In this document: one piece after another, positions 39,848 to 53,364 of the stretch
Layout: every line of letters begins with the position of its first letter
Position numbering within the stretch: position 1 is the first letter of the stretch
NCBI GenBank assembly: GCA_951406725.2
Contig: OX597816.1
Location: 71,982,001-72,046,000 of the forward strand
Origin: Octopus vulgaris
Lineage: Eukaryota
Length of the DNA: 64,000 nt
Direction: 5' to 3'
Position numbers and translations under genes: made by a program
The notes under the pieces: model-generated
Database searches by the model: none
What the model was told of the DNA's origin: nothing
What the model saw: the letters and a program-made list of their open reading frames with translations, nothing else

Positions 39848-40681
39848 TATATATAGGGAGAGTTTACAAAAAAAACAAAAGATGAAGACAGGTGGTGTAC
39901 AAAACAAACAGATGTATTAGTATAACACTCAGGAATAGAAAAAGTCTTTTATGTTTCGAGCCTATGCTCTTCTACAGAAAGGGACACAGAAAAAAAACAA
40001 GGAGAGAAAAAAATGTGTGTAGTGGCTAACGATCTATCATGGCGACTGACTTCGTACAGAAGGGTCACACACGAGAGGGAAGAAGTAGGGGAGATAACAA
40101 AGTAAAGATGACCCCCAACACGAAGGTGTGCGTGTGTATAAGAGAGTATGTCTGGACATGTGCGTGTATGTATGTGTAGGTGTGAAAATGTGGGATACAC
40201 ACAATGTACTCAAGTAGATGTGTAAGGAGTGCAGCCCATGAAAATTTAATCAAACAGTTGTATGAGATAATGAGCACAGTCCATAACCTCAATGATCAAA
40301 CACCCTAGAGCATGAGGAAAATGTTTAACATGATCCCAGATTAAACTGAATCTGCATGAATGAGTCCTTAAAATATGACTGGCTGACTATCAGGGTCTTC
40401 AAAGCAGCATTATAGACCCCTGGCCAGATCAGTGCACTGGGTCCTATAGTATTTATTATTAAGTTACCCACAGCATATATATATATATATATATCAAAAT
40501 TGGACTGCTGGGCAATTGACCAGGATGCACATCCCTTTAGACAGCACTGCAGGCTCCTTCACATAAAGCTACCGAGTCAAAGATTACTTTGATAGCAACA
40601 ACATTTATTCAGTTCACTTATAAAACCTCAATATACAATGTTGTCATTCACTGTTCTTAATGTTTCTGTTTCACCTTACAG

Positions 40682-40766
40682 GCTCAAGAGGGAACAGTGA
40701 AGAGTTACCCCAAATTCAATGCTGATCAAGATTGTGAACTTCTAAGAGAAGCTATGAAAGGATTAG
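40682..40766 (+). CDS. Coding exon 10: annexin repeat 1 start AQEGTVKSYPKFNADQDCELLREAMKGL(G)
   Basis: ttacag acceptor, tag|gtaaca donor; annexin F-x-A-x-x-D-x-x-x-L-R-x-AMKGLG motif. Confidence 0.95.
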
Positions 40767-40822
40767 GTAACATATAAATAGATATTCTAATATTATTGCT
40801 TCATTTTACAAATGCCCTCTTT

Positions 40823-41256
40823 CAGGGTCGGATTAAGACCCATCAAGGCCAAGCCAAGCCAAGCACTTCAAAGATTTCGGTGACCCCATAAAAGATTATG
40901 TAATTCAAAATATAAACAATAACAAACCATGAAATAAATTTTTATTTTTCAAAACGAAACAAAACAGTAAGAGGGAAAATAATGTGTATTTTTGTTTAAT
41001 TCCACTTTATTTATATTTGAAAAGTTTCCTCCTACTTTTTTGAATTGCAAGGTCTTTGATCAGATCCTCAAAATTAATCTTAGGTAACACATCTGCACCT
41101 ATACTTCGTAGAGATAAAGGCATCATGAATATTATTTTAGCAAGTTTAAAGTGATTTCTTTCATGCCATAAACCAATTGCTATTTTTGTGGCACCCTCTT
41201 CTTCCCTTGAAGCCCTTAGCACGTGCTTATTTTACTCAATGGTTAATCCAGAACTG
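40823..41256 (-). mobile_element. Internally deleted hAT element
   Basis: TIRs cagggtcggattaa / ttaatccagaactg; 8-bp TSD CCCTCTTT; residual dimerisation-domain tail LSLRSIGADVLPKINFEDLIKDLAIQKSRRKLF. A related partial copy lies at ~42382-42607. Confidence 0.88.
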
Positions 41257-42607
41257 CCCTCTTTCCTCTCTATTTTGGTTTAAGAAAGGGTAAAGCAGAT
41301 ATTGGCTTTGATTCCTCTGATGTGTTGGTTTAGTTTAGCTTCAAGTCCGTTCTAATTCAGCAAGCTTAAGATGAAAGACATTCTTGCCACAACTGGCCTT
41401 AACCATCTTTTTTTTATTTTTTTTATCTTTTACTTGTTTTAGTCACTGCATTGCTGCCATGCTGGGGCACTGCCTTGCAGGGTTTTAGTCAAAAGAAAAA
41501 AAATCAACCCCAGTACTTATTTTTTAGTTTTGTAATTTCTTTCAATCCTGGTAATTATTCTATTGGTCTTTTATGCCAAACTGCTTAGTTCCAAGGACAT
41601 AGACAAACCAGCACTAGGTGTAAAGCAGTGGTAGGGACAAACCCAATCACATGAACACACTCATGCACACACACACACACACACACACACACGTATGTAT
41701 GATAGGCTTCCACACATTTTCTATCAACCAAATCTACTCACAGCTTTTTGGTTGGCCTGCGGTTCTAGTAGAAAACACTTTCCCAAGGTACCATGCAGTG
41801 GGACTGAATTCAGAACTGTGTAGTTAGGAAGCAAACTTCTTACCACACAGCCACATCTGCACTTGTTCACCTTTTATATTTTTGAAACAAACTTAATATG
41901 TGTCTTGACATGTTGTGTTTTGTCTCCCCCCTATCCAGTCCTTTGTATAAATATATCTGGGTTGTTTACTGTTCAGTAGATTAGGAGATTGTTATCCAAC
42001 TTAGAAACAAGCGGAAGTTAACGACAAAGGCATCCTGCTGCAGAGAACTCTACCGCTATGTATTCTTCTGTGATGGTCTATGTTATTCTTGGTTAACCCT
42101 TTCGTTACCAACCCAGCTGAAACCGGCTCTGTAGTACAAATGTCTTTTCGTAAATTTTGAATTAAAATCTTCCATCAAATCTTAGTCACAATTTGTGTTC
42201 TTAATGATAGCTAAGTTATTTTACTAAATTCTTTGTGATATTTAAAATAATTGAGACACAGAGCTTCTCAAAATAAGCATATTAATGAAAGGGTTAATAC
42301 TGTGATGGTAAAAGTTTTGCTTGACATATCAAAGTTAAAAACTTTTTTTTAATAATCCTGTTACTAGAGTGTCACATGTATCTGGGCTGGATAATGGACC
42401 CACTGAGCCTCTAAGCACTTAAAGGATTTTGGTACCCCCATATGTATGTAATTCAAACTATAAACAATAATAAACAATAAAATAAATTTTTATCTTTCAA
42501 AAGGAAACAGAACTAATAGTTAGCTGGAAAATGTTAATTTTTGTATACTTCCATTTCATTTATATTTGAAAAGTTTTCTCTTATTTTTTTAATTGCAAAG
42601 TCTTTTA

Positions 42608-43250
42608 CATTATTTACATTCGACGGATATTTGTCCTCATCTTGTTTGTTGTCAGGACAGTATTCAAGAGTAATACAACACTTCACAAATATCTCCTTCA
42701 AGTAAAACCACCAATAGAAGAGAATATGACCAAAGACTGTGTGTATTCCATCCCATGCAGCTGTGGCAGGTTATACAAAGGCGAAACATGCCGCTTCCTC
42801 AAAATAAGGGTAGACGAACATCACAAAGCTGTGACACAACGAGATATTGATAAATCGGGCATAGCTGATCATGTATGAAAAAATGGAGATCACCTGTGGT
42901 ATGAAATTAAAATAATAGACAGATAACACCACTGGAAAATACGAAAACTAAAAGAAGCAGCACATATGCTAGGACACAACAACCTCCTAAGCAGACCAAG
43001 TGCAGATATGAGCAGCATATGAGCAGCATATGGGAACAGGTAATAAGGAAGGATAGAAAAATATTTAGATTTATAAGCCCTAAAATTCACTCCATAATTG
43101 CCCATGGGCATATGGCATAGGGGTTAAGAGCACGGGCTACTAACCCCAAGATTCTGAGTTCGATTCCAAGCTATGACTTGAACAAAAATAATAATAATAA
43201 TAATATCAAAAAATACCTTATGAATGAGAACCCAGGTTTAAAATTTCCCC
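42608..43250 (+). mobile_element. Penelope-like element 3' fragment (GIY-YIG endonuclease)
   Basis: RTVFKSNTTL...CVYSIPCSCGRLYKGETCRFLKIRVDEH...KSGIADHV...WKIRKLKEA; flanked by terminal-repeat pieces in inverted arrangement. Confidence 0.88.
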
Positions 43251-44247
43251 ATTTACTATGTTCTTATTTTAATGGTTAACCAGGCTCTGATGTGTATTCA
43301 TGTGTTTTAGGTAAGTATTTGCAGAGAAGTATTTGAAAATGATATTGGGGGGATATTTTTTGGTTTCAACCTCCATTGCATGACCTCTAAAAGTACATGG
43401 CATGTTAATGCTGACACACATCATTAATCTAAAATTCTTCTGAGCTACATTATCTGATATCACCTTCCTTATGTCAGGAAAGTGTTAGGTGTAATTTAAA
43501 GGTAATTTAATTGCTGCTTGAAGAACACATTGTATAATGTATTTTAGATACATTATCATTACTTAATGGCCATTTTCCATGCTGGCATGGGTTGGACAGG
43601 AGCTAGTAAAACCAGGAGCTGCACCAGGTTCCGTTGTCTGTCTTGGCATGATTTCTATGGCTGGATGCCCTTTCTAATGCCAGCCACTTTACTCAGAGTA
43701 CTGGGTACTTTTATGTGGCACTTGCATCAGTGCATTTCATGTGTTACCAGCACTGACAGGATCACCAAGCAACTTGCAAGACAAAATTCTCTGGCTGGGA
43801 GTGGGGCGTAGTATTGAGGCAGGGGTGGCTTTGTGTTACTTGAGAGATTAACGGTATTGAGGAATAAAGCGGCGAGCTGGCAGAAACGTTAGCATGCCGG
43901 GTGAAATGCATAGCCGTATTTCGTCTGCCGTTACGTTCTGAGTTCAAATTCCGCTGAGGTCGACTTTGCCTTTCATCTTTTCGGGGTCGATAAATTAAGT
44001 ACCAGTTACACACAGGGGTCGATGTAATCGATTTAATCCATTTGTCTGTCCTTGTTTGTCCCCTCTGTGTTTAGCTCCTTGTGGGCAGTAAAGAAATAGG
44101 TATTGAGGAACAAAGATAGGTGTCTTGTACTATGTTTAAATAAAAGATAGGGTGATCACAATTGGAATACTCGATAAGGACTGACCTGGGCTAAATAACA
44201 ATGATATTAGAACCTTGCTGATTATGGAATACTTTTTGTCTTTTCAG

Positions 44248-44342
44248 GAACTGATGAGGAAACAATTATAAATGTATTAGCATACAGGTCAAGCCCACAA
44301 CGTCAAGAAATTTTGAAGAGATTTAAAACTATGTTTGGAAAG
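44248..44342 (+). CDS. Coding exon 11: annexin (G)TDEETIINVLAYRSSPQRQEILKRFKTMFGK
   Basis: ttttcag / aag|gtaaga; 95 nt, a typical annexin exon size. Confidence 0.96.
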
Positions 44343-45381
44343 GTAAGATACAAGAAAATCCATTACTTGCAAAATAAATCTGGGAGTGAAGAGTGATGGA
44401 CATAACTGTATGTCTCTAACATTGATGTAAGGGGCCACAGCCTCGTGGGAAAGATATAAATGATTAAATCGAGACACTGTGAAACTCATTCAACCCATGA
44501 CAACACAGAAAAATAAATAGAAAACATGCAAGTGAAATTGGGAGGTGAACATTGCAAGAAGCCCATTTTATATATATATATATTCAAAATAAGCAACAAG
44601 GATATCCAAGGTAGTGTAGTACAATCGTTTCATGCTACTTTATTTTATTAAACACTGTAAGTATTACATCAGTTTTGCTCAACATTTTAAAACTGATGTA
44701 ATACTCACAGTGTTTAATAAAATGAAGAAGCATGAAACGATTGTACTACACTACCTTGGATATCCTTGTTGCTTATTTTGATTCTAATCACCCCATTTGA
44801 TTTATATGGATAATACCATACAAAATTCTGGTGCCTTTAACTTAAGTACTATATTCATCTGAATCTAAATTTTGCTGAACTTATATATATATATATGATA
44901 TATGTGTGTGTTGGTGTTTTCTTCTTGTTTTCATGTGTGTTCCTTGAATCAAATACAAGGTCACTGCTCATACAAATGGTGTCATTTGTTTGCAATCTTC
45001 TTCAAGACATGTCCAGCAATTGGTCTGCAAGGACTGTGGAGAAACATTGGTTTTAAATTTTGGCACAAAGCCAGCAGTTTTGTGAGAGGGGTCAAGTGAA
45101 TTAAATCAACCCCAGTGCTCAACTAGTACTTGTTTTATTGAGCTTGAAAGGGATGAATGACAAAGTCAACCTTGGTGGAATTTGAACTCAGAACGTAAAG
45201 ACAGATGAAATGTTGCTAAGCATTCTGCTCCGTAATGATTCTACCAGCTTGCAACCATACCTGTGGGAGATATTACCTTGCTTGGAAACCAGTGTGGGTC
45301 AGCAACAGAAACAGTATCTAACAACAGAAAAACTTGCTTCAACAAGTTTTGTCTGATCCATACTGGTATGGAAAAGTGGAT

Positions 45382-45893
45382 GTTAACCCTTTCATTACCA
45401 TATTCATTTTGAGATGCTCTCTGTTTCTTTCAATTAATTTTAAATATAGCAAAGAATTTAGTAAAATAACTTAGTTATCATTCAGCTAGTGTTAGAAACA
45501 TAAATTGTGACTAAAGTTTGGTGGAAGATTTTAATTCAATACTTATGAAAACAAAAAAATTGTACTACAGTTTTGTACAAAGCCGGTTTCAGCCAAGTTG
45601 GTATCAAAAGGGTTAAGAATTGTTTCTCTATTATATATTTAACCCTTTTGTTACCATATTTCTGTTGAGATGCTTTGTGTTTCTTTCAATTAATTTTAAA
45701 TATAACAAAGAATTTAGTAAAATAATTTAGTTATTATTAAGCTAGTGTTAGGAACATAAATTGTGACTAAGGTTTGGTGGAAGATTTTAACTCAAAACTT
45801 ATGGAAACAAGACATTTGTACTATCGAACCAGAACTGGTTTCAGCCGGGTTCGTATCAAAAAGGTTAAGAATTGTTTCTCTTTTATATATTTT
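45382..45893. mobile_element. Two tandem piggyBac-like MITEs (TTAA|CCCTTT...AAAGGG|TTAA)
   Basis: Copies at 45382-45616 and 45639-45868; an opposite-orientation relative at ~42092-42296. Confidence 0.75.
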
Positions 45894-45965
45894 AGAATGA
45901 TAGAATTAATAATTAGGATGGTAACAATTATGATGACATATATTTCTGTTCCTTCTCTATTTTAG

Positions 45966-46079
45966 GATTTAGTTGCAGAATTGAAAAGTGAACTGAGTGG
46001 TAATCTATGCGAGTGTGTGAAATCTCTATGTATGGCACCAGCAGAATTTGATGCCAAGCACCTCCGAAATGCTATGAAG
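45966..46079 (+). CDS. Coding exon 12: annexin DLVAELKSELSGNLCECVKSLCMAPAEFDAKHLRNAMK
   Basis: ttttag / aag|gtaagt; 114 nt, a typical annexin exon size. Confidence 0.96.
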
Positions 46080-46145
46080 GTAAGTTCACATAATTCTTCT
46101 TTAGTGAATGATATATAACATACATATTAACTTTATATATTTATC

Positions 46146-46480
46146 AAGGCGCGTGGCTCTGTGGTTAGAGCTTCGAACTTATGATCATGAGGTTGTGAGT
46201 TCGAATCCCAGACCTGGCTGTGTGTTGTGTTCTTGAGCAAGACACTTTATTTCACGTTGCTCCAGTTCACTCAGCTGTAGAAATGAGTTGCAACGTCACA
46301 GATGCCAAGCTCTATCGGACCCTTTGCCTTTCCCTTGGATAACACTGGTGGCAGGGAGAGGGGAGGCCGGTATGCATGGGCGACTGCTGGTCTTCCATAA
46401 ACAGCCTTGCCTGGACTTGTGCCTGGGAGGGTAACTTTCTAGGTACAATCTCATGGTCAGTCATGACCGAAGGGGGTCTC
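46146..46480 (+). mobile_element. tRNA-derived SINE family D
   Basis: Head ggcgcgtggctctgtggttagagc...gagttcgaatccc; a near-identical copy at ~12085-12420. Confidence 0.8.
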
Positions 46481-46759
46481 AGCAGCAGTATTTATCAATC
46501 AACCTCTGTGCATAACCAGTAGGATGGCATCATTCAAAAGCTACAACAATGTAAGGAAGCACATTGTGACTAGTTGTGTATAACAACATTCGATAATTTG
46601 ATTGATGCAGTGACCATATATGACGTGATTTACCTATCTAATAACTAATATGTAGTATAACTTGCATTTTGTATATATAACATATAATATACACCATAAC
46701 TTAGTTATAACATATCTAGTATATAGTATAACTTAAGGATTTTATATATAAAAAGGAAT

Positions 46760-47040
46760 ACAAAAAATGGGACAAGAACGCAAAACATCCAGGCAGATGA
46801 TACAAAAAAGGGACAACAAAACATCCAGACAGATGATACAAAAAAGGGACAACAAAACATCCAGACAGATGATACAAAAAAGGGACAACAAAGCATCCAG
46901 ACAGATGATACAAAAAAGGGACAACAAAACATCCAGACAGATGATACAAAAAAGGGACAACAAAGCATCCAGACAGATGATACAAAAAAGGGACAACAAA
47001 ACATCCAGACAGATGATACAAAAAAGGGACAAGAAAAAAC
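46760..47040. repeat. 36-bp minisatellite (acaaaaaagggacaacaaaacatccagacagatgat), ~7.8 copies
   Basis: Directly visible; produces spurious 12-aa repeat ORFs on both strands. Confidence 0.95.
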
Positions 47041-48766
47041 AAGGACGGGTCATTCGGAGTTTTCTTTCCTCAGTTGAGTTCCAGATTACCTTTGCAATTT
47101 CAGCTTGTTATACTTGAGATTGCTCCAATCTGGCCAGCCCCAAGGAAAAAACTAAGCTAAGAGCACTATGTCTAATATGTAATATATAGCATAACTTACA
47201 TATTGCATGCCTAGTATTTAATATTTAATATAAATTACTCATCATAGATTTACAAGACAGTATATGTAATTGTTTAGCTCCCAGGTCAGCCACAGGGTTG
47301 CCATTGATCAAGGTCAACTATACTTCTACACATGTATGGACAGGCCAGGGCAAGTTTTTTTTTTTGTATTTTTTTGAGGGGGACCAGCAGAGGTGGGGAG
47401 ATTTATGGGCATGCAAGCCTCCTCACTCTCCTTGGAACCAGCACTGCTTGATACTTTTGTTTTCACAAACGTTCTGTCAGAATGCAAGGAGCTGGAACAG
47501 ATACTGCAACACAACTAGTCCAACCCTTTGACAATTCTACTAATCTACTGCCTTAGACTGGTACATTTTTTTATTGACCCCCTAAAGTATTAAAGGTAAA
47601 GTTGACCTTGGTGGGATTTGAATTCAGATTGCAGGGGGTCAGAACAATTACCAGGAGATATTGTATCCAACTCTCTATTGACTCTGTCAATTCACCAATT
47701 CAAGTCAATCCTGAATGCAAAGGTTTGTGTATTTTATTCAGCCATAATATATCTAGGACTGTCCGATGTATCTTTCTTCATTTTAATACCGTGATGTGAT
47801 TTGAAGGATACATGATTGCTATTTCTAGCAAGGTGTGTAATCATCATTGATTCAATCAATGAGGTATCAAAGTTGTAACTTTATTTCCTTCTCAGCTGAT
47901 GAACTCATTAAAACAACAATAGAAGCTACCATTTGATCTGTTTCAGAGAGTATATAAGCATATTTGCTTTTTTGCTTCTCTGTCATTCTAATTCAACAAG
48001 TATAGATAATTCAATATGGAAACAATAAGTTGTTCAGATTTATGAATGTATTTGTAATTATATGTATTCGTGTATGTATAAAATTGTCTCATAAACTTAG
48101 CAGTTTGACAAATAGAGATCAATAAAATCAGTACAACATTTAAAATAAGTATTGGAATGATTATGATCAACTAAACCATTAGTGTTTCAGTATGGCCGCA
48201 GTCCAATGACTGAAACCAGTAAAAGAATGAAAGAAAAATCAAAGGCAGGGCACAGCCCTGGCTGTTTGGTTTAGAAGATACTTCCCAGCCATGCAACCAT
48301 GGATTCAGTTCCACTACACAGCACCCTGGGCTGGTTAATGCCTCCTGCGCAGCTCCAAATATTACCTTGCTTGGAAGCAGATGAGGGTTGGAGACGGGAA
48401 AAGCACCCAGTTGTAGAAAATCTGCCTTATCAAATTCTAATTGACCCAGGCAAACAAGGAAAAAATTACATTAAAAAGATGATGATAATAGTATTGTTGA
48501 GGGTCAGTCTACCCCAAATAATGCTTTTATGGGGGTGACACTTTTGGGATCTGCTGTATAAGGTTGGAGGGAGTGCATACTCAAGGGCTGCCCCAAGTGG
48601 CACACACTCTAGCTACGTTACTGGATAATGATGAATGTACCTACAGCTATTCAGCCAGTATGTCTTGTATTTCCTTTGTTGAAGGTTACCGTATTATTCT
48701 AGAAGAATAATCCCATCTCAGCACATTATGTTTTATGAGTTATTCAGTTGCTGAAATTTCTTCCAG

Positions 48767-48857
48767 GGTCTTGGAACTGATGAAACCGTCCTTATTGAGA
48801 TCCTCTGCACACGTTCAAATGCTCAAATCAAAGAAATCATTTCAACTTATAAGAAAA
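48767..48857 (+). CDS. Coding exon 13: annexin repeat 2 GLGTDETVLIEILCTRSNAQIKEIISTYKK(I)
   Basis: ttccag / aaa|gtaagt; 91 nt. Confidence 0.96.
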
Positions 48858-48879
48858 GTAAGTTATAATAATAATAATG

Positions 48880-49205
48880 AAATTATTGAATACAGTGCTC
48901 AGGTGCACCAACACTTGTCAAAAGTGCGTATAAAGTATATGCAGTAATGTACAAATGTCTGGAAAGTGAACGGTGTACGAGTCAAATACATGCTTGCGTG
49001 TGTATGGAGGGGAGAAAATCAGGTGTAGTGTTGGCGAATCTCAGGAAGCATGGAAGTTTTGAAGGATGCAGTGCTCCGTCAACTAACAACTGATGCCAGC
49101 AGTTTGTTCCATGCTTCAGCAACTCTTAGCGTGAAAATATGTTTCCAAAAGTCATGGGAGCTGTGCTGTTTTCTGATTTTGTAAACATGTCTACGGGTGT
49201 TAAAC
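48880..49205 (-). mobile_element. CR1/L2-type LINE 3' end
   Basis: Minus strand TRRHVYKIRKQHSSHDFWKHIFTLRVAEAWNKL...SFKTSM with an (att)n-type tail. Confidence 0.8.
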
Positions 49206-50190
49206 AGATGGAGTAACTGATTCTGTTCCACCATTGTTATGTACAGTTACACATCTGTATGATTAAGAAGGGTTGGGCATGGTTGTCTAACTAAAAGATT
49301 TATTTTGAAATCATGTAGTTTTGGGGTGTCTGTCTCCTGCACAGTACCTTGGGCAAATGTTTTCTACTCTCATTCCAGGCTGATCAAAGGCTTGTGAGTG
49401 AATTTAGTTGATGGAAATTGAAAGATGCTCACATAAATATTTCTTAAGCAATAATATCATTGTCAGTGACTTCGAAGTTTCAACCAGCTCGGCCATCATC
49501 CAACAATGGCTTAGCTGTCTGAAATTTTGAAGTTACCGTCTGTGATATTCTTGTTTAAGAATAATAAATTTGCACTCTACATAAGAGTAGAGTAACCCAT
49601 CAGATTAATGTAAAATTGTTTTTATCATAATGAACATTAATATATATATATATGTGTGATGTGTGTGTGTGTAAATATATATTTTCTTTACTAGTTTCAG
49701 TGCAAGAGCTTCAGCCATGCTGGGGCGCTACTGTTACACATACGTGTGTGTGTGTGTGTGTGTTCTTGACTTGATAGCATGTAATTGTTGTAAATGAATG
49801 ATATTCATTTCCAATATTCTGTGAAAACCTTGTCTGACCATGGTTTTGGAAATAGGCAAGAGTTGGCAACAGGAAAGGTATCTTGGACAGAGAAAAATCT
49901 ACCTCTTTAATCTGTTTGACATGTGCAAGCATGAAAAATTAGACATTGAAATTATGGCATATATCTGTCTGTCTATATATATCCAAAGAAAACATCTGTT
50001 TTATATAAATAAGCAAGATATCTGTATATTCACAGAATTGTATTTGACAAGTTTGAAAGACGAACGAAAGCGCTAATATGAAAATGAAGATATAATAATA
50101 AGAAAAGTTCTTTCCAAAATTCTGACAAATTTTTTTCAATATTTAATTCTTTACATCACACCTAACACTACACACACACACACACACACA

Positions 50191-51081
50191 CAGAGGGTGT
50201 TTCAAAAATTTAATATCATTTGAGATGTAAATATCACAGAAACTACATAGTCAAATCAATTGAAACTAAACAAGCTTAATGTTGAGCAACATAAGGTTTA
50301 TTCCTCCAAATTTGAATGAGAAATTCAAAGGTATGTGGATTCCATGAATGATTTCACAAATGTTCAATATGCGTACCACCTGAAACACGGCCCACGTCAA
50401 GTCGGTAGTCCAGCTCCTCCCAAACACACTGCAGCATGTCTTGGGTAACAGTCTCCAGTGCGGCAGTGATTCTCTGCTTGAGTTCCTCTAGGTTTGCAGG
50501 AAGTGGGGTTGACATACACCAGGCCCTTCACATAGCCCCATGTTTGTACTTTCGCTGGTCATCTGCCATTATGGTCTGAATGAGCTACAGCTTGTAAGGT
50601 TTCATTAGCAAGCATTTCCTCAGGATGCACCAAACTGTCGTTGGAAGGATTTGGGTTTCCAGACTTGTTCTTCTGATGGACTTCTTGGGGCTTCGCAAGA
50701 GTTTTTGGCGAACCCAGTCAACTGTCTCTTCCGATGTTAGTGGTCATCCAGATCCTTTTGCCCTACACAGACAGCCTCCCTCTTTGAATTTTTTCTGCTA
50801 TGTCCAAATTTGCATTCCTGTTGGTGACTTTTTAGAGAACTCCCTCGCAAATGCACCCTGAACAGTCTTGCTCGACTGTGTCTGAGCATACCCCAACATA
50901 CAAAACGCCTTTTTTCTTTCAGTGAATGCTATTTCTATACCTGAAAAGATAAACTTATCAAACACTAAACATAAAATTTTAACCTGTTTCTACACATGCT
51001 GTTAAAATTTGAAGCTACTTGAACAAGAACTGGAAAATTTATTAAATTGCAAAATGATATCAAGTTTTTTGAAACACCTTG
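50191..51081 (-). mobile_element. Internally deleted mariner-type element (DUF4817-HTH, rosa/DD41D-like)
   Basis: TIRs gggtgtttcaaaaa..atatcattt / aaatgatatc..tttttgaaacacc. Minus-strand remnants: KAFCMLGYAQTQSSKTVQGAF...SPKKSIRRTS...KPYKL and WGYVKGLVY...LEELKQRITAALETVTQDMLQCVWEELDYRLDV..GTHIEHL; catalytic core deleted. Confidence 0.82.
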
Positions 51082-51097
51082 TGTGTGTGTGTGAGTG

Positions 51098-51130
<33 letters not shown>

Positions 51131-51494
51131 GGAGAGTTTGCGAAAAAAGCAAAAGACGAAGACAGGTGGTGTACAAAACAAACAGATGTATTAGTATAAT
51201 GCTCAGGAATAGAAAAAGTCTTTTACGTTTTGAGCCTATGCTCTTCTACAGAAAGGGACACAGAAAAAAACAAGGGGAGAAAAAAATGTGTGTAGTGGCT
51301 TACGATCTATCATGGCGACTATATATATACTATATATAGTATATATATACACACACACACACACACACGCATACACATGTCTGAGAAGTAAGCTTTTTAA
51401 ATGCACCACTACACTGGTACCTAAAATATTACTATTTTCTATTTCTATATTAATAGTATTTATTTTTTTTTCCCATGTTCTTTTACTCCTTCAG

Positions 51495-51821
51495 TTTTCA
51501 ATCGAGACTTAGAGAAAGACATAATTTCCGAAACATCAGGACACTTCAAGAGACTCCTTGTGGCACTGGTGACTGCCAACCGAAGCGAAAGCAAACAAGT
51601 GGACCGGAACAAAGCCAACCAGGATGCTAAAGCAATGTACCAAGCCGGGGAAGGCAAATGGGGAACCGATGAGTCAAAATTCCATACCATTCTCATCACT
51701 CGGAGCTACCCTCAGCTGAGGGCCACATTTGCCGAATATGCAAAGATATCCCGTAAGAGCATTGAGGACGCCCTGAAGAGTGAACTCAGCGGAGATCTTT
51801 TGACTAGCATGCTTGCTATTG
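51495..51821 (+). CDS. Coding exon 14: annexin repeats 2-3 FNRDLEKDIISETSGHFKRLLVALVTANRSE...GEGKWGTDESKF...KSELSGDLLTSMLAI(V)
   Basis: cttcag / ttg|gtttgt; 327 nt; repeat-3 GExxWGTDE motif. Confidence 0.96.
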
Positions 51822-53329
51822 GTTTGTGTTTTGATTCTTTTTATTTGATTTTATTCTTTTGCAAGTTTGTCATTCTATCGTGGCCATGCTGGGGCACCAC
51901 TTTTAAGGATTTTGATAAATTATATCTATTATAGGTAAAGGCATGGCTGTGTGGTTAAGAAGTTTGCTTCCCAGTTTCATGGTTTGGGGTTCAGTCCCTT
52001 GCTTCCCATCCACATGGTGCCAGGTTTAGTTCCACTGTATGGCTCCTTAGGTACATGTCTTATACTAAAACCCCAGGCTAACCAAAATCTTTTTAGTGGA
52101 TTTTGTAGATGGAAGCTGAAAGAAACCTCTGTGTGTGTGTTAATGTTTGTGCCTCTTTGTCTTAAGGTCATGCAATAGTTGTAAATGATTGTCCCTGTTA
52201 TACAAGCAGTGTCGTTCATTTCCGATATTCTGCAACAACGTGTCCAGGAAATATTACCTTGCTTGAAAACTGGTGATGGTTGGTTACAGGAAGGGCATCC
52301 AGCCATAGATTATCTACCTCAATAAATTTCATTTGACCTTTGTAAGCATGGAAAAGTGAGCATTCAGGCGGTGCTCCAGCATGGCTGCAGTCAAATGACT
52401 GGAACAAGTAAAAGGATAAAAGGATTAAAACAATGAAAAATGCTAGAAGTTGAGCTTCCGTTTGCATCTATCAAATTCACTCTCAAAGGATTGGTCAACC
52501 AGAGGTTATGGCCGAAGCCAGTTACCCATTGTTCCATGTGGGATTGAACCTAAAACCACTTAACTCAAAACAAATTTTTTTACCACTTGGTCATGCTTAG
52601 GTCAAAGTTTTTTGATGGAAAGGTGTCATGTAGCCTACTTTTATAACCCTTTAATATTCAAATTACTGTCAAATGAAATGCTTATATGTTCACATTGTCG
52701 TCGCCATTTAACATCTGCTTTCCATGCTGGCATGGGTTGGACGATTCGACTGAGGACTGTTCACATTCATTTGAATTTATCATGCATTATATTGTGGCTT
52801 CAAGATTTTGATGATGTGATTATTGATTTTAGAATGACATTGTTTGTTAGGTGTGAGAGGTCAGATCTGGCCAGTTTGAACATTAAAACAGAATATCTAG
52901 GCCAGATATGTCCAGCATGAATACTAAAGGGTTAGGATGTGGGATAACAGTTTTTTCACTTTTCGATTATTATTCATTTATCTGCTCCTCTAATCACCTT
53001 CCTCAATACTACATCCCCAATCGGTGGAAGGGTCTTGTCTTACAAGTGACTTGGTAATGTTAATCGTGTGGGGCCCTGAAAAAGTACCCAGTACACTCAG
53101 TAAAGTGGTTGACAATAAGAAGGGCACCCAGCCATAGAAATCATGCCAAAACAGATATTGGAGGTTGGTGCAGTCTTTGGACACATCTGTTCCAGTTGAA
53201 CTGTTCACCTTGTGCCAGTATGGCAAATTGAATATCAAATGGCGATAATGATTATCTGATTGTAATCTGATGAAACCTATGATGCAGAAACTTAGTGTAG
53301 AAATAGGAAGAATAACCAGTAAATGCATG

Positions 53330-53364
<35 letters not shown>

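Noticed and set aside
46705-47117. Repetitive Cys-rich or basic ORFs on both strands
   Set aside because: Translation of a 36-bp minisatellite; no splice signals linking it to the gene.
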